Position numbers and translations under genes: made by a program. Below are positions 39,995 through 50,420 of a stretch of DNA of 64,000 bases, piece after piece. Location of the stretch: the IMG/VR virus record IMGVR_UViG_3300021093_003900, positions 32,001 through 96,000 of that record; one strand, given 5' to 3'. The stretch is from a virus. Numbering within the stretch: the stretch's first letter is position 1; every line of letters begins with the position of its first letter. A model generated the notes under the pieces. It was not told the origin of the DNA. It ran no database searches and was given only the letters and a program-made list of their open reading frames with translations.

Positions 39995-40740
39995 TTAATT
40001 TTTGTATTTTATACTGGGATATGGGTTGTGAAATAAGGAAACAGAATTCTATTATTTCATGGTTTGAATTGAAAAAAATGACTTACTATTTGAAGTCAAG
40101 AGGTTTGAATATCAATGCTTATTTATTCGAATTCGGTAACAATTTTATATTTGAAGATTCAATAAAAATAAAAGATAAATTGGAATATTATGAAAAATCC
40201 AAAAAAAATAATCTAGCTATTAATCACAATTTGAATGACTATAGTGATTTTATAGCAATAATGGATTCTGATTTATTTTTTTGTGAAAATCAATATGAAA
40301 TGATTTATAATCATTTGACTGAATTAATTGAAAGTAAAGAACGGAAATTTTTTACATATAATTTACTTGATATTGATTATGAAGAAAGAAATCAAATTAT
40401 TGATTTTGAAAAAAATCAATTAATGTATGAAAAAATTGATGAGTTTAATTTGAAATATTCTTGGAGACATTCTTTTGGTGCTGGTGTATTGGGTGGTATT
40501 TTTATCGTACCAACACCAGAAATTAGGAAAATGGACGGGTTCGATGAAAATTTTCTTACATGGGGTGCTGAAGATGATGAAGCATTTGTAAGATTAAAAT
40601 ATTTTGCTACGTGGTATCCTAAAATGAATGAAGGACCATATCATCTATGGCATCCAAAAAATGAAACAGATCCCAAATATTATATTCCTGTATATTCAGA
40701 TGAATATTTTAAAATTAATAAAGTAAAAAATCCAAGATGA
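39991..40740 (+). CDS. GT-A glycosyltransferase (GT7-like C-terminus)
   Basis: IMDSD, GFDENFLTWGAEDDE, HLWH. Confidence 0.8.
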   Translation: MINFCILYWDMGCEIRKQNSIISWFELKKMTYYLKSRGLNINAYLFEFGNNFIFEDSIKIKDKLEYYEKSKKNNLAINHNLNDYSDFIAIMDSDLFFCENQYEMIYNHLTELIESKERKFFTYNLLDIDYEERNQIIDFEKNQLMYEKIDEFNLKYSWRHSFGAGVLGGIFIVPTPEIRKMDGFDENFLTWGAEDDEAFVRLKYFATWYPKMNEGPYHLWHPKNETDPKYYIPVYSDEYFKINKVKNPR

Positions 40741-41486
40741 AAAATAATTTAATTACTTTTGTTACATTTTGTGTCGACATTGGTCGTGGTGATTTACCTT
40801 TGGAAAATTCTATTCATAGAAACTTTGAGCTTTACAAGGCTGGTATGTATGAAAACATAAATACAAAAGTTCCAATGGTTCTTTTTTCATCCGTTGAAGA
40901 TTTAAAAATCCCTGACTATAGAAATTTAACAAACTTTCGTCATATACCTTTAACAAAATCATTAATTGAGAATGATTTCCCAAATTTTGAATTATATCGT
41001 GAATTTTACCCTGTAACAAAAAAAGACGAAATTGAAAATTCATTGTTTTATTATACACCTTTAGTTGTATTAAAAATGAAAAAAATGATAGAAATATCAA
41101 AATTAAATCCTTTTGGAAGTGAAATATTTTTATGGATAGATTGTTTTTTTACTAGAGGATTGCCAAATTTAGATTTCATGAATGAAGAAGTTGATTACCT
41201 AATGATGTGTGGAAATGTGAAAAAAAAGTTGAGTAATAACAAATTTGTTTTGTTAAATTGGGGTCCAAGACCTTTTGGTTTTTTTTGGGGTGGTACAACA
41301 CAAGCTTTGCAAAATATGTACGAACACTACTTTGAAATTTTCTTCGAGTATCTACCAACCAAATTAATGACAGAGGAATTAATCTTTAAAGAAATCAATG
41401 AAAGATATCCAAATTTAATCAATATGATACAAGTTGAAAATGCCATTGATTATAAATTAGCTTGTAGTAATTTTATGACAAAATGA
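40737..41486 (+). CDS. HtrL/WlaTC-like glycosyltransferase
   Basis: TFVTFCVDIGR, NPFGSEIFLWID, GFFWGG, TEE. Confidence 0.7.
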   Translation: MKNNLITFVTFCVDIGRGDLPLENSIHRNFELYKAGMYENINTKVPMVLFSSVEDLKIPDYRNLTNFRHIPLTKSLIENDFPNFELYREFYPVTKKDEIENSLFYYTPLVVLKMKKMIEISKLNPFGSEIFLWIDCFFTRGLPNLDFMNEEVDYLMMCGNVKKKLSNNKFVLLNWGPRPFGFFWGGTTQALQNMYEHYFEIFFEYLPTKLMTEELIFKEINERYPNLINMIQVENAIDYKLACSNFMTK

Positions 41487-42256
41487 TAGTATATTCTGAT
41501 TTTAATAAAGGTCGACTTGGAAATCAACTTTTTTTTGTGGCATCAACTATTGGTATAGCATATAAAAATCATACAAATTTTGGTTTTTCAACTCAAATGG
41601 CGTCTGGTACCGATAACTACCAATCTTTGTTTAAAAAAAATTTACCGATAGTTCATTCAGTGCCTGAAAATAAATTTCATCAAAATGGATTTAATTATCA
41701 AGACATACAAATCAATGACGTTGAATTGTTTGGATATTATCAATCTGAGAAATTTTTCAAGCATTGTGAAGATATAATTTTAGAACAATTTGATTTTAAT
41801 GAAAAATTTATTGAAATATGTTCTACACTATATCCGAATGTAACTAACTCATTATCTTTACATGTTAGACGTGGAGACTATTTGTCTCAACCAAACCATC
41901 ACCCAACATTACCTCTGAAATACTATGAAATAATACTCTCTGAAATTTCGAAAAATTATGAAAATATTCTTATTTTCAGTGATGATTCAGATTGGGTAAA
42001 AAGTAACTTTATTGGAGATAATTATATTTTTCCAACATTTGATACTGAAAATGTTTTAAAAAGTTTTGTATTAATGTCAATGTGCTCTGATAACATTATA
42101 TCAAACTCTACATACAGTTGGTGGGCGGCTTGGTTAAATAGGAATAAAAACAAAAATATTTATTCACCAAACCATAGTCAATGGTTTGGTTCGTCGTATT
42201 CCAATTTGGATACTTCTGATTTAATACCTAATAATTGGATACAAATCAAATTCTGA
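41483..42256 (+). CDS. GT11 alpha-1,2-fucosyltransferase-like protein
   Basis: GRLGNQLF, GYYQSEKFF, HVRRGDY, NSTYSWWAAWL. Confidence 0.9.
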   Translation: MIVYSDFNKGRLGNQLFFVASTIGIAYKNHTNFGFSTQMASGTDNYQSLFKKNLPIVHSVPENKFHQNGFNYQDIQINDVELFGYYQSEKFFKHCEDIILEQFDFNEKFIEICSTLYPNVTNSLSLHVRRGDYLSQPNHHPTLPLKYYEIILSEISKNYENILIFSDDSDWVKSNFIGDNYIFPTFDTENVLKSFVLMSMCSDNIISNSTYSWWAAWLNRNKNKNIYSPNHSQWFGSSYSNLDTSDLIPNNWIQIKF

Positions 42257-42891
42257 TGATACATAAAATAGTTTCTTTTTATCACAAAAACTTGAACCCT
42301 GAAATTAAGATTTTACAAAAAAAAGTTTTTGATTATTTAGATATTGATTTAGTTCAATTTGAATTTACTGACAGTCATCCAGTCGCCATTGAATTTTTTT
42401 TAGAAAATAACAAATGGGATTTGATTACATTATTCGATGTGGATTGTATTCCTACTGAAAAAAAAATTATAGATAATATATTGGAAATTATTGATGACAA
42501 TACAATTTATGGTAATGCTCAATTTTCTAATTGTTTACCTTATGTAGGCCCTAGTTTTATGTCATTTAATAAAAAATTATATGAAAATTCAATTCACAAA
42601 AAATTTCATGATGGTCTTTATCTTTGTGGAGATAAATTTCATCACTTAGATGTGGGTGAAATTTTTGTAAAAGAAAACTTAAAGTTTGGTAACAAACAAG
42701 TTCTCAGTTATCCAGTTTCAGTTGAAGAAAAAAAATGGAAATTTATAGGGAATGAATTATACCCAAGTTTTGAGTTTGGAGTTGGGACATTATTTGATAA
42801 TAAAACATTTCATTGTTTTCAAATTAGATTTGAGACTAATCAACACATTTTTAAACTTTTTGTTAATAATTTATTAAATGAAAAAAATTAA
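42256..42891 (+). CDS. Putative GT-A glycosyltransferase; start revised to the TGATG overlap
   Basis: LFDVDCIP DxD motif; YVGPSF. Confidence 0.55.
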   Translation: MIHKIVSFYHKNLNPEIKILQKKVFDYLDIDLVQFEFTDSHPVAIEFFLENNKWDLITLFDVDCIPTEKKIIDNILEIIDDNTIYGNAQFSNCLPYVGPSFMSFNKKLYENSIHKKFHDGLYLCGDKFHHLDVGEIFVKENLKFGNKQVLSYPVSVEEKKWKFIGNELYPSFEFGVGTLFDNKTFHCFQIRFETNQHIFKLFVNNLLNEKN

Positions 42892-43777
42892 ATTTATCAC
42901 TTGTATTTATACAGATCTATACGGTTCTGAACTAGGTGGGAGACCTGGTAGATTTCATCATTACAGGTGGAGTCTACTTTCGCTTTTGAAAATGACAGAA
43001 GCTGATTTTATTTGTTATACATCAGCCAGTGAATTTTTATCATTGAAACAATTTTTTTTTGAAGAAAATTCTATTTCTGAGGATCAATTGAAAATTGAAA
43101 TTTTTGATATTTGGAATTGTAAATATAAAAATTTACTAAAACAAACAAAAAATTTGGAATTTACTAAAGGGGGTGACCGTTGTATAGAAATACAATACTC
43201 TAAATTTGCATGGTGGTACTATGAAGATAAAACGTATGATTATTATTATTGGATAGACGCTGGACTATCACATTGTGGTTTAATCCCAGTAAAATACTTA
43301 GATCCAAAGTCTTATATGGCAAGTTTTTATGAATGTAATCTTTTCAATAATGATTTTTTAAATAATCTTATTGAATATACTCAAGACAAATTTTTTTTAA
43401 TTGGTAAAGACAATGTCCGTAACTTTTGGTCTCAAACCGTTGATCCTAAATGGTATAAAAATTATGATAATACTATTCACATAATTGGAGGATTATTTGG
43501 CGGCAAACGAGAAAAATGGGATGAAATTGTAAAATTGTTCGAAAATTACATTGAACAAATTTTGATTGATGACTTTAAGTCACAAGACAAAGAATTACCA
43601 CATGAAGAACAAATAATGTCCCTTATGTGGGTAAATCATCAAGATTTATTTATACGGAAACATTTTGACATATGGTGGTGTCCTGATAGTGGTCCTAGAG
43701 ATGCGTTACCAGAAATATACACACAAAATAAAAGTTTTTATAGAATCTTAGAGGAATTTAATAGAATTTATGAATAA
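42878..43777 (+). CDS. HtrL/WlaTC-like glycosyltransferase
   Basis: YYWIDAGLSH, IIGGLFGG, HEEQIM. Confidence 0.7.
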   Translation: MKKIKFITCIYTDLYGSELGGRPGRFHHYRWSLLSLLKMTEADFICYTSASEFLSLKQFFFEENSISEDQLKIEIFDIWNCKYKNLLKQTKNLEFTKGGDRCIEIQYSKFAWWYYEDKTYDYYYWIDAGLSHCGLIPVKYLDPKSYMASFYECNLFNNDFLNNLIEYTQDKFFLIGKDNVRNFWSQTVDPKWYKNYDNTIHIIGGLFGGKREKWDEIVKLFENYIEQILIDDFKSQDKELPHEEQIMSLMWVNHQDLFIRKHFDIWWCPDSGPRDALPEIYTQNKSFYRILEEFNRIYE

Positions 43778-45440
43778 TACAACTTTAGTCACTGGTTTAT
43801 GGAATATAAACCGCCACGCATTATCTGAAGGGTGGTCAAGAAATTTCGATCATTACTTATCGAAATTAGAACAATTATTAAAAATTGACGAAAATCTTAT
43901 TATTTTTGGAGATAAGGATTTAGAAAAATGGGTATTTGAACGAAGACAACAACATAATACTCAATTTATTGTAAGAGAATTGAATTGGTTCAAAAATGAA
44001 TTCCACAAAAAAATTCAAAGAATCAGATTGGATTCATCATGGTACTCACAATCAAGTTGGTTACCACAATCAACACAAGCAAAATTAGAAATGTATAATC
44101 CATTAGTTATGTCAAAAGTTTTTCTTTTACACGACGCAAAAATAATGGATCGATTTGATTCAACACATTTATTTTGGATAGATGCTGGTATAACGAACAC
44201 TGTTCATCCGGGTTATTTTACACATGACAAGGTTTTAAATAAATTGAGTAAATTAAAAAACATAACTTTTATCGCGTTCCCATACGAAGCTGAAAATGAA
44301 ATTCACGGTTTCGATTATTCGGAAATGTGTAGAATGGTAAATAAAAAAATTGATAAGGTATGTCGTGGTGGTTTTTTTGGTGGCCCAAAAGAAAAAATAG
44401 GAGATTTTAACCCTCTTTATTATAGTTTGATGAGTAATACATTATCTCGTGGTTATATGGGTACTGAAGAATCACTTTTTACACTTTTGACGTATCAACA
44501 CCCAGAAATTTTTGAATATTTTGAAATTGAGTCAAATGGTCTAATATCAAAATTTTTTGAAGATCTGAAGAATGATCAACACAAAATAAAAAGTGAGAGT
44601 TTAACACCTATCTCTGGAAACAATTTAGACATCAATAATTCCGCACTTTATGTAATCACATTTAATAGTCCAAAACAATTTGAAACTTTAATAGAGTCAA
44701 TGATTCAGTATGATTGTAATTTCATAGACAAACCAAAAAAGTACTTGTTAAATAATTCTAGTGATGATTCAACATTTGACAAGTATGATGAGTTGTGTGC
44801 ACAATATGAGTTTATTCATATCAAAAAAGATAATCTTGGAATTTGTGGTGGAAGACAGTTCATAGCTGAACATGCCGAAGCCAACGACTTTGATTACTAT
44901 TTCTTTTTTGAGGATGATATGTTTTTTTATCCAAAAAAAGGAGAAGTTTGTCGAAACGGTTTTAATAGATATGTGAGTAATTTCTATAATAATGTTCTCC
45001 AAATTATTCAAAAACACAATTTTGATTTTCTTAAATTTAATTATTCAGAATTTTTTGGAGATAATGGAACTCAATGGTCTTGGTATAATGTACCACAATT
45101 CGTAAGAGAACAATTTTGGCCGGGTAAAAATAGATTACCTGAGTTAGGGTTAGATCCTAATGCTCCTAGAACTAGATACGAACATATTTGGTCACACAAT
45201 GGTATTCCCTATGTGAGTGGTGAAGTTTACTACTCGAATTGGCCTCAAGTAGTTTCTAGAGAAGGAAACAAAAAAATGTTTTTGAATACAACTTGGGCAC
45301 ATCCTTTCGAACAGACGTGGATGTCTCATATTTTTCAGGAAACCAAAAAAAACAATATTAAACCTGCTTTGTTAATGATGACTCCAACCGAACACAACAG
45401 ATTCGAATTTTATGACAAAAATTTGAGAAAAGAATCTTAA
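43770..45440 (+). CDS. HtrL-like plus GT-A fusion glycosyltransferase
   Basis: TLVTGLWNINR, FWIDAG, RGGFFGG, GTEE; second domain NLGICGGR, FFEDDM. Confidence 0.75.
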   Translation: MNNTTLVTGLWNINRHALSEGWSRNFDHYLSKLEQLLKIDENLIIFGDKDLEKWVFERRQQHNTQFIVRELNWFKNEFHKKIQRIRLDSSWYSQSSWLPQSTQAKLEMYNPLVMSKVFLLHDAKIMDRFDSTHLFWIDAGITNTVHPGYFTHDKVLNKLSKLKNITFIAFPYEAENEIHGFDYSEMCRMVNKKIDKVCRGGFFGGPKEKIGDFNPLYYSLMSNTLSRGYMGTEESLFTLLTYQHPEIFEYFEIESNGLISKFFEDLKNDQHKIKSESLTPISGNNLDINNSALYVITFNSPKQFETLIESMIQYDCNFIDKPKKYLLNNSSDDSTFDKYDELCAQYEFIHIKKDNLGICGGRQFIAEHAEANDFDYYFFFEDDMFFYPKKGEVCRNGFNRYVSNFYNNVLQIIQKHNFDFLKFNYSEFFGDNGTQWSWYNVPQFVREQFWPGKNRLPELGLDPNAPRTRYEHIWSHNGIPYVSGEVYYSNWPQVVSREGNKKMFLNTTWAHPFEQTWMSHIFQETKKNNIKPALLMMTPTEHNRFEFYDKNLRKES

Positions 45441-45463
45441 CGAGTATTTATTGTAAAAATCGG

Positions 45464-45844
45464 ATGAATTTTTACATAAATAAAAACGCTAATTTACCGC
45501 TTCTAAAAATGCAAGTGGTGAAGGATGGTAGGAGTGAATATCAAGAGTTCATGCGACTACTAGAAACATCTTCAATCTTTTTCACAATGATCAATAGTGA
45601 ATCAGGTATTCCGAAGATTGTTTCAAAACCAGCGTACATTGTGGAGTTGACTAACGTTGACGACAACGCTCAAGTCGAATATTATGTTTATTTCAGGTTT
45701 ACAAAAAAAGATACAAATAAGGTAGGAACCTACAAAGGTCAGTTTTTGATTAAATCAACAGAGGGTGATCTTATTTTACCTTTGAGAGAAGAACTGAACA
45801 TTTATATCCAAGAAAGTTTTATCATTGACAGTCCTTGTTGTTGA
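45464..45844 (+). CDS. Ig-like (BppU-like) putative virion protein
   Basis: FYINKNANLPLLKM...YFRFTKKDT..VGTYKGQF.I...LILP. Confidence 0.5.
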   Translation: MNFYINKNANLPLLKMQVVKDGRSEYQEFMRLLETSSIFFTMINSESGIPKIVSKPAYIVELTNVDDNAQVEYYVYFRFTKKDTNKVGTYKGQFLIKSTEGDLILPLREELNIYIQESFIIDSPCC

Positions 45845-45864
45845 TCCATTTTTTACTATCTTTG
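45835..45864 (+). promoter_or_regulatory. Bacteroidota housekeeping-type promoter of the DNA polymerase gene
   Basis: TTG (45835-45837), 19-nt spacer, TATCTTTG (45857-45864). Confidence 0.7.
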
Positions 45865-45886
45865 ATAGGATAAGTCATAAACAAAA

Positions 45887-48643
45887 ATGATCACAACAGA
45901 AGAAATCAAAAGTTTTTTAGAGGGTAACGATCCAGAAGAGCATATAGTCGCACTTGAGTTCGATTATGCAAGTGAAGATATCTTTAAAATCAAGGAAATC
46001 CCTAGTAAAGGTAAACAAATTGTCAGGGATACTTTTATTCCGTTTTGTTGGGTTGGTGATTTACGTAAATTAAACTTTTATGGAGGATCAAAAGCTCAAC
46101 AGAAAGAGGCGATGTCCAAACATAAAATTCTTATTGAAAAACTAGAAACTCACGACAATGAAAGATTAACCCAAGGTCTTACATTCTTGGTAAAATCCTT
46201 AAAAGGATATAGAAATCTTATTCAGTTTTTTCGTGATGGTGGTATAGATCCTTGGGGTGATGCGGCAAAAGAACAATTTCTATTATTACCACCAGTTGAA
46301 CAATATTTGATTCAAAAAGAAAAAAGATTATTCAAAGGATATGAAGAATACAACGATATCACTCGATTTGTATTTGACTTAGAGACGACCGCACTTGATC
46401 CAAAAGATGGTCGTATTTTTATGATTGGTATGAAGACAAATAAAGGTTTTCATCAAGTTATTGAATGTCTCACAGAAGAACAAGAAAAACACGGATTGAT
46501 TGAGTTTTTCAGGACAATACACAAACTTAATCCAAGTATCATTGGTGGTTACAATAGCTTTAACTTTGACTGGCAATGGATCATTGAAAGATCCAAAGCT
46601 CTTGGTTTGGATATGAAGAAAATTTGTATAACCCTCAATCCAGAAAGACATTTCTCACAAAAAGAACAATTGCTCAAACTTGGTAATGAGGTTGAGAAAT
46701 TCAATCAGATTGGAATGTGGGGATATAATGTAATTGATATTCTTCATGCTGTGAGAAGAGCTCAATCAATCAATTCAAATATCAAAAGTGCTGGTCTTAA
46801 GTATATCACACAATACTTGGAACTAGAAAGTCCAAATCGTATTTACATAGATCATCAAAACATCGGTAAGATGTATGAAAAAAAAGAGGAGTATTGGTTA
46901 AATATTAACAATGGAAAATATAAAAAAGCTGATATTCCTGAGTTTGCAAACTTAGATCAAAGATTTCCATCAGTTTATGAAAAAGTTACTGGAGATAAAA
47001 TTGTTGAGATGTATCTTGACGATGACTTGGATGAAACTTTACGTGTTGATGAAGAGTTCAATCAAGGTTCTTTTCTTCTAGCATCTCTTGTACCAACGAC
47101 TTATGAAAGAGTTTCTACAATGGGAACCGCGACGTTATGGAAAATGATTATGCTCGCTTGGTCATACAAACACAACTTAGCAATTCCGAAAAAACAAGAA
47201 AAAAAGGATTTTGTGGGTGGATTATCACGTCTTATTAAAGTGGGTTATTCTACCAATGTTCTTAAACTCGACTTTAGTTCACTTTATCCTTCTATTCAAC
47301 TTGTACACGAAGTTTTTCCTGATTGTGATGTGACTGGGGTGCTCAGAGGATTTTTGAAGTTTTTCCGTGATTCTCGTATATTATACAAACAACTTGCGGA
47401 AGAATTACACGAGACAGATCCAAAAAAATCAAAATCATACGATAGAAAACAATTACCTATCAAAATCTTTATCAATAGTATGTTTGGTGCCCTGTCAGCA
47501 CCTCAAGTCTTTGCTTGGGGTGATATGTATATGGGAGAACAAATTACCTGTACTGGTAGACAATATCTTCGTCAAATGACAAAATTCTTTATGGCACGTG
47601 GTTATGAACCACTTGTGATGGATACGGACGGTATTAACTTCTCAGCACCAAACGGGGTTGAAGATCGAGTTTATATTGGTCGAGGTAACAATTGGAAAGT
47701 TAAAAAGGGTAAAGAGTACAAAGGCACTGCGGCTGATATTGCTGAGTATAATGATATTTTTATGCGTGGTGAGATGGCGTTAGATAACGATGGTGTGTGG
47801 CCAAGTTGTATAAACATCGCCAGAAAAAACTACGCACTTCTCACAGAAAAAGGAAAAATCAAGTTGGTTGGAAACACTATTAAGTCAAAAAAATTACCGG
47901 GTTATATCGAGGAGTTTCTTGATAAGGGAATTAAATTATTACTTCAAGGTAAGGGAAAAGAATTTGTCGAGTTTTATTATGAATATCTGACAAAGATCTA
48001 CAATATGGAAATTCCTTTAGTCAAAGTAGCTCAAAGAGGTAAAATAAAACAAAGTATCTCTGACTATGAAAAAAGATGTAAACAAACAACTAAGGCGGGT
48101 AATTTGATGGCAAGACAAGCACATATGGAACTTGTAATTCAAAAAGGGATGAGTGTTAATTTGGGTGATGTTATTTATTACGTCAACGATGGAACTAAAA
48201 TCTCTCAAGGTGATGTGTCCAAAAAGGGTGATACTATTACATTAAATTGTTATTTGGTAAGTCAAAGCGACATTGATAATAATCCGAATTTAACAGGTGT
48301 GTATAATGTTCCTCGAGCAATCTCAGTATTCAATAAACGTATTGAACCACTTTTGGTTGTGTTCAAACCAGAAGTTAGGGATATTTTGTTAGTCACCAAT
48401 CCAGAACAAAGAGAGTATTTCACAACTCTACAATGTCAACTTGTAAATGGACAACCTTTTAATGAAACCGATCAAGATAATTTACAAAGAGATGTCTTGG
48501 AAATTACCGAACAAGAGTTGGAGTATTGGAAAAAGAGGGGTCTTGATCCGAACTACATTTACGATCAAGCTGCAGATGGGTGGGAAAAAGTGGTAACTTA
48601 CCAAAGTTTAACACCATCAGAAGAAAGTATGTACCAATTGTGA
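45887..48643 (+). CDS. Family B DNA polymerase
   Basis: ExoI FDLETT, ExoII YNSFNFD, LDFSSLYPSI, KIFINSMFG, MDTDG, KNYA. Confidence 0.93.
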   Translation: MITTEEIKSFLEGNDPEEHIVALEFDYASEDIFKIKEIPSKGKQIVRDTFIPFCWVGDLRKLNFYGGSKAQQKEAMSKHKILIEKLETHDNERLTQGLTFLVKSLKGYRNLIQFFRDGGIDPWGDAAKEQFLLLPPVEQYLIQKEKRLFKGYEEYNDITRFVFDLETTALDPKDGRIFMIGMKTNKGFHQVIECLTEEQEKHGLIEFFRTIHKLNPSIIGGYNSFNFDWQWIIERSKALGLDMKKICITLNPERHFSQKEQLLKLGNEVEKFNQIGMWGYNVIDILHAVRRAQSINSNIKSAGLKYITQYLELESPNRIYIDHQNIGKMYEKKEEYWLNINNGKYKKADIPEFANLDQRFPSVYEKVTGDKIVEMYLDDDLDETLRVDEEFNQGSFLLASLVPTTYERVSTMGTATLWKMIMLAWSYKHNLAIPKKQEKKDFVGGLSRLIKVGYSTNVLKLDFSSLYPSIQLVHEVFPDCDVTGVLRGFLKFFRDSRILYKQLAEELHETDPKKSKSYDRKQLPIKIFINSMFGALSAPQVFAWGDMYMGEQITCTGRQYLRQMTKFFMARGYEPLVMDTDGINFSAPNGVEDRVYIGRGNNWKVKKGKEYKGTAADIAEYNDIFMRGEMALDNDGVWPSCINIARKNYALLTEKGKIKLVGNTIKSKKLPGYIEEFLDKGIKLLLQGKGKEFVEFYYEYLTKIYNMEIPLVKVAQRGKIKQSISDYEKRCKQTTKAGNLMARQAHMELVIQKGMSVNLGDVIYYVNDGTKISQGDVSKKGDTITLNCYLVSQSDIDNNPNLTGVYNVPRAISVFNKRIEPLLVVFKPEVRDILLVTNPEQREYFTTLQCQLVNGQPFNETDQDNLQRDVLEITEQELEYWKKRGLDPNYIYDQAADGWEKVVTYQSLTPSEESMYQL

Positions 48644-48933
48644 TATATGAAAACTAATTCAATACAAGATCCTTTTTCTATTTGAATTTCATCCCAATAC
48701 TCATCAATTCTATTTTCATCTGGAATGATCAAAACATTGGTCATAGCTTTGATTTTCACTCTATCTGTTGTTTGACTATTTAATTTAATTGTACAAATTT
48801 CAACATCTTTTACAACAATAGCATATTCTCCATTTGTTGTATACAACGCTTCGGATACAACGGCTAACTCAGAAGTTTTGACCTGTATTCCGTTAATTAT
48901 TTTTTCACTTGGTATTGTTCTTATTATTGCCAT
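48598..48933 (-). CDS. Hypothetical beta-rich protein
   Basis: 111-aa ORF coupled to the neck gene; overlaps the polymerase 3' end convergently. Confidence 0.65.
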   Translation of the reverse strand: MAIIRTIPSEKIINGIQVKTSELAVVSEALYTTNGEYAIVVKDVEICTIKLNSQTTDRVKIKAMTNVLIIPDENRIDEYWDEIQIEKGSCIELVFIYHNWYILSSDGVKLW

Positions 48934-48934
48934 C

Positions 48935-50050
48935 TTAGACTGTTGTAATTGGTACTGGGAAGGCTCTGTATTGCATTTGTTTATTCAGACTTTCAGCAAT
49001 ATCTGCTTCTCTTTTCATTAGAAATTCTGGTCTTAATCTTTCAAGTCTTTTTGTTAGTTCCTCTAATAAAATTGTTTTTTCATCTTTAGCCTCCGTAGAT
49101 AGTGATGCATAATCCATTTGAAGTTCACTATCTGGTGCTTTAAGATTTCCACTGAATTTACCTCTTACACGAGCTAAAGTTTCTTTAGCATAAGCTGTTA
49201 ACCACCTTCTTACCCATTGTTGAGCAGGATCATTCAGATCTTGCCATGATAGTACATCTAATGGGATATCGGAGGGTAATTTTACAATATCAGGATTATC
49301 CTTCAGACATTGATCCCTATCCTTATCATAGGTATCATAATACCAATACCACACTTTTCCTCTATTAAGTTCTGAATTACCAAAGTCAAATTTACCACCG
49401 GGTGTATTATAAAGCATAATCGCTTTTTTTCCATTAGGAAGTGCTGTAACTCTATATTGTAGATCTGGTTGAATAATTCTTCTTTTTATATTAATATCTT
49501 GTTGACGAGCTAATACATCATATGATGAAAAGAAAAAGTATCCACCACCACCCCAACCCGGTTGAGCATAACCACCAGCACCACCAATTCCAGGACCACC
49601 TAATCCTCCAAATGACCAAGGGTCAAAAAGAATGTTACTTTGTTCTGCTGGAGAAAACCATAAAAGTTCATTCAATTCACGTCCAGCTGGTATTTCGTAT
49701 ATTTGTTGATTTGCTTGTAATTGAATGTAATCTTTTTTTAGCACCCACGACCCTGAATTTTGTAAACCAACAATTTTAGAATAAGCGTAAGTATATTGAG
49801 TTTCCCAATCTAGTGATCTTCTAACCAATGCATTTGCCACTGATTGTGTTTCCAAGTTTAAACCATATAGGGATGTCCATTGAGACTCAATTAACCAGTC
49901 TTGTACGTACTGGGTGTAATCACCAATTGATAATTCCATAAGTGAATCCATCATTTCATCTGTAAGTTCTACAGAACGTAGAGGTGCTCCTAAGAGGTTA
50001 TAAATCCTCTTGTACATTCTACTTCTATCTGGTTCAGCTATTATTGTCAT
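48935..50050 (-). CDS. Neck protein (T4 gp13-like)
   Basis: LLGAPLRSVELTDEM N-terminus; WVRRWLTAYAKETLARVRGKF. Confidence 0.75.
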   Translation of the reverse strand: MTIIAEPDRSRMYKRIYNLLGAPLRSVELTDEMMDSLMELSIGDYTQYVQDWLIESQWTSLYGLNLETQSVANALVRRSLDWETQYTYAYSKIVGLQNSGSWVLKKDYIQLQANQQIYEIPAGRELNELLWFSPAEQSNILFDPWSFGGLGGPGIGGAGGYAQPGWGGGGYFFFSSYDVLARQQDINIKRRIIQPDLQYRVTALPNGKKAIMLYNTPGGKFDFGNSELNRGKVWYWYYDTYDKDRDQCLKDNPDIVKLPSDIPLDVLSWQDLNDPAQQWVRRWLTAYAKETLARVRGKFSGNLKAPDSELQMDYASLSTEAKDEKTILLEELTKRLERLRPEFLMKREADIAESLNKQMQYRAFPVPITTV

Positions 50051-50071
50051 AAATTACTCTAAATTTGTCGA

Positions 50072-50420
50072 GTTTCACTAGGTGTATTAGTTAAGGTTCT
50101 GTCGGTGTTGGTGTGTTTGTTACTGTTTCACTAGGTGTATTAGTTGGTGTTTCTGTCGGTGTTGGTGTGTTTGTTACTGTTTCACTAGGTGTATTAGTTG
50201 GTGTTTCTGTCGGTGTTGGTGTGTTTGTTACCGTTTCACTAGGTGTATTAGTTGGTGTTTCTGTCGGTGTTGGTGTGTTTGTTACTGTTTCACTAGGTGT
50301 ATTAGTTGGTGTTTCTGTATTCGTAGGTGTTATAGATGGTGTTTGTGTATGAGTAGGAGTTTGTGTTGGTGTTAGTGTATTTGTTGGTGTTTGTGTATTA
50401 GAAGGAGTTTGTGTTGGTGT
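50072..50420 (-). repeat. 54-bp coding tandem repeat (about 4 copies) plus degenerate TPT units
   Basis: gtcggtgttggtgtgtttgttactgtttcactaggtgtattagttggtgtttct recurs every 54 nt. Confidence 0.92.

Noticed and set aside
17229-45440. Cellular LPS or capsule locus, or eukaryotic giant-virus origin
   Set aside because: The genes are interleaved with T4-like virion genes and a phage sigma factor; no transport or polymerase genes and no giant-virus core genes were seen.
50072-50420. Regular repeats resembling a CRISPR array, and the antisense Val/Gly ORF
   Set aside because: Contiguous in-frame 54-bp units with no unique spacers and no cas genes.
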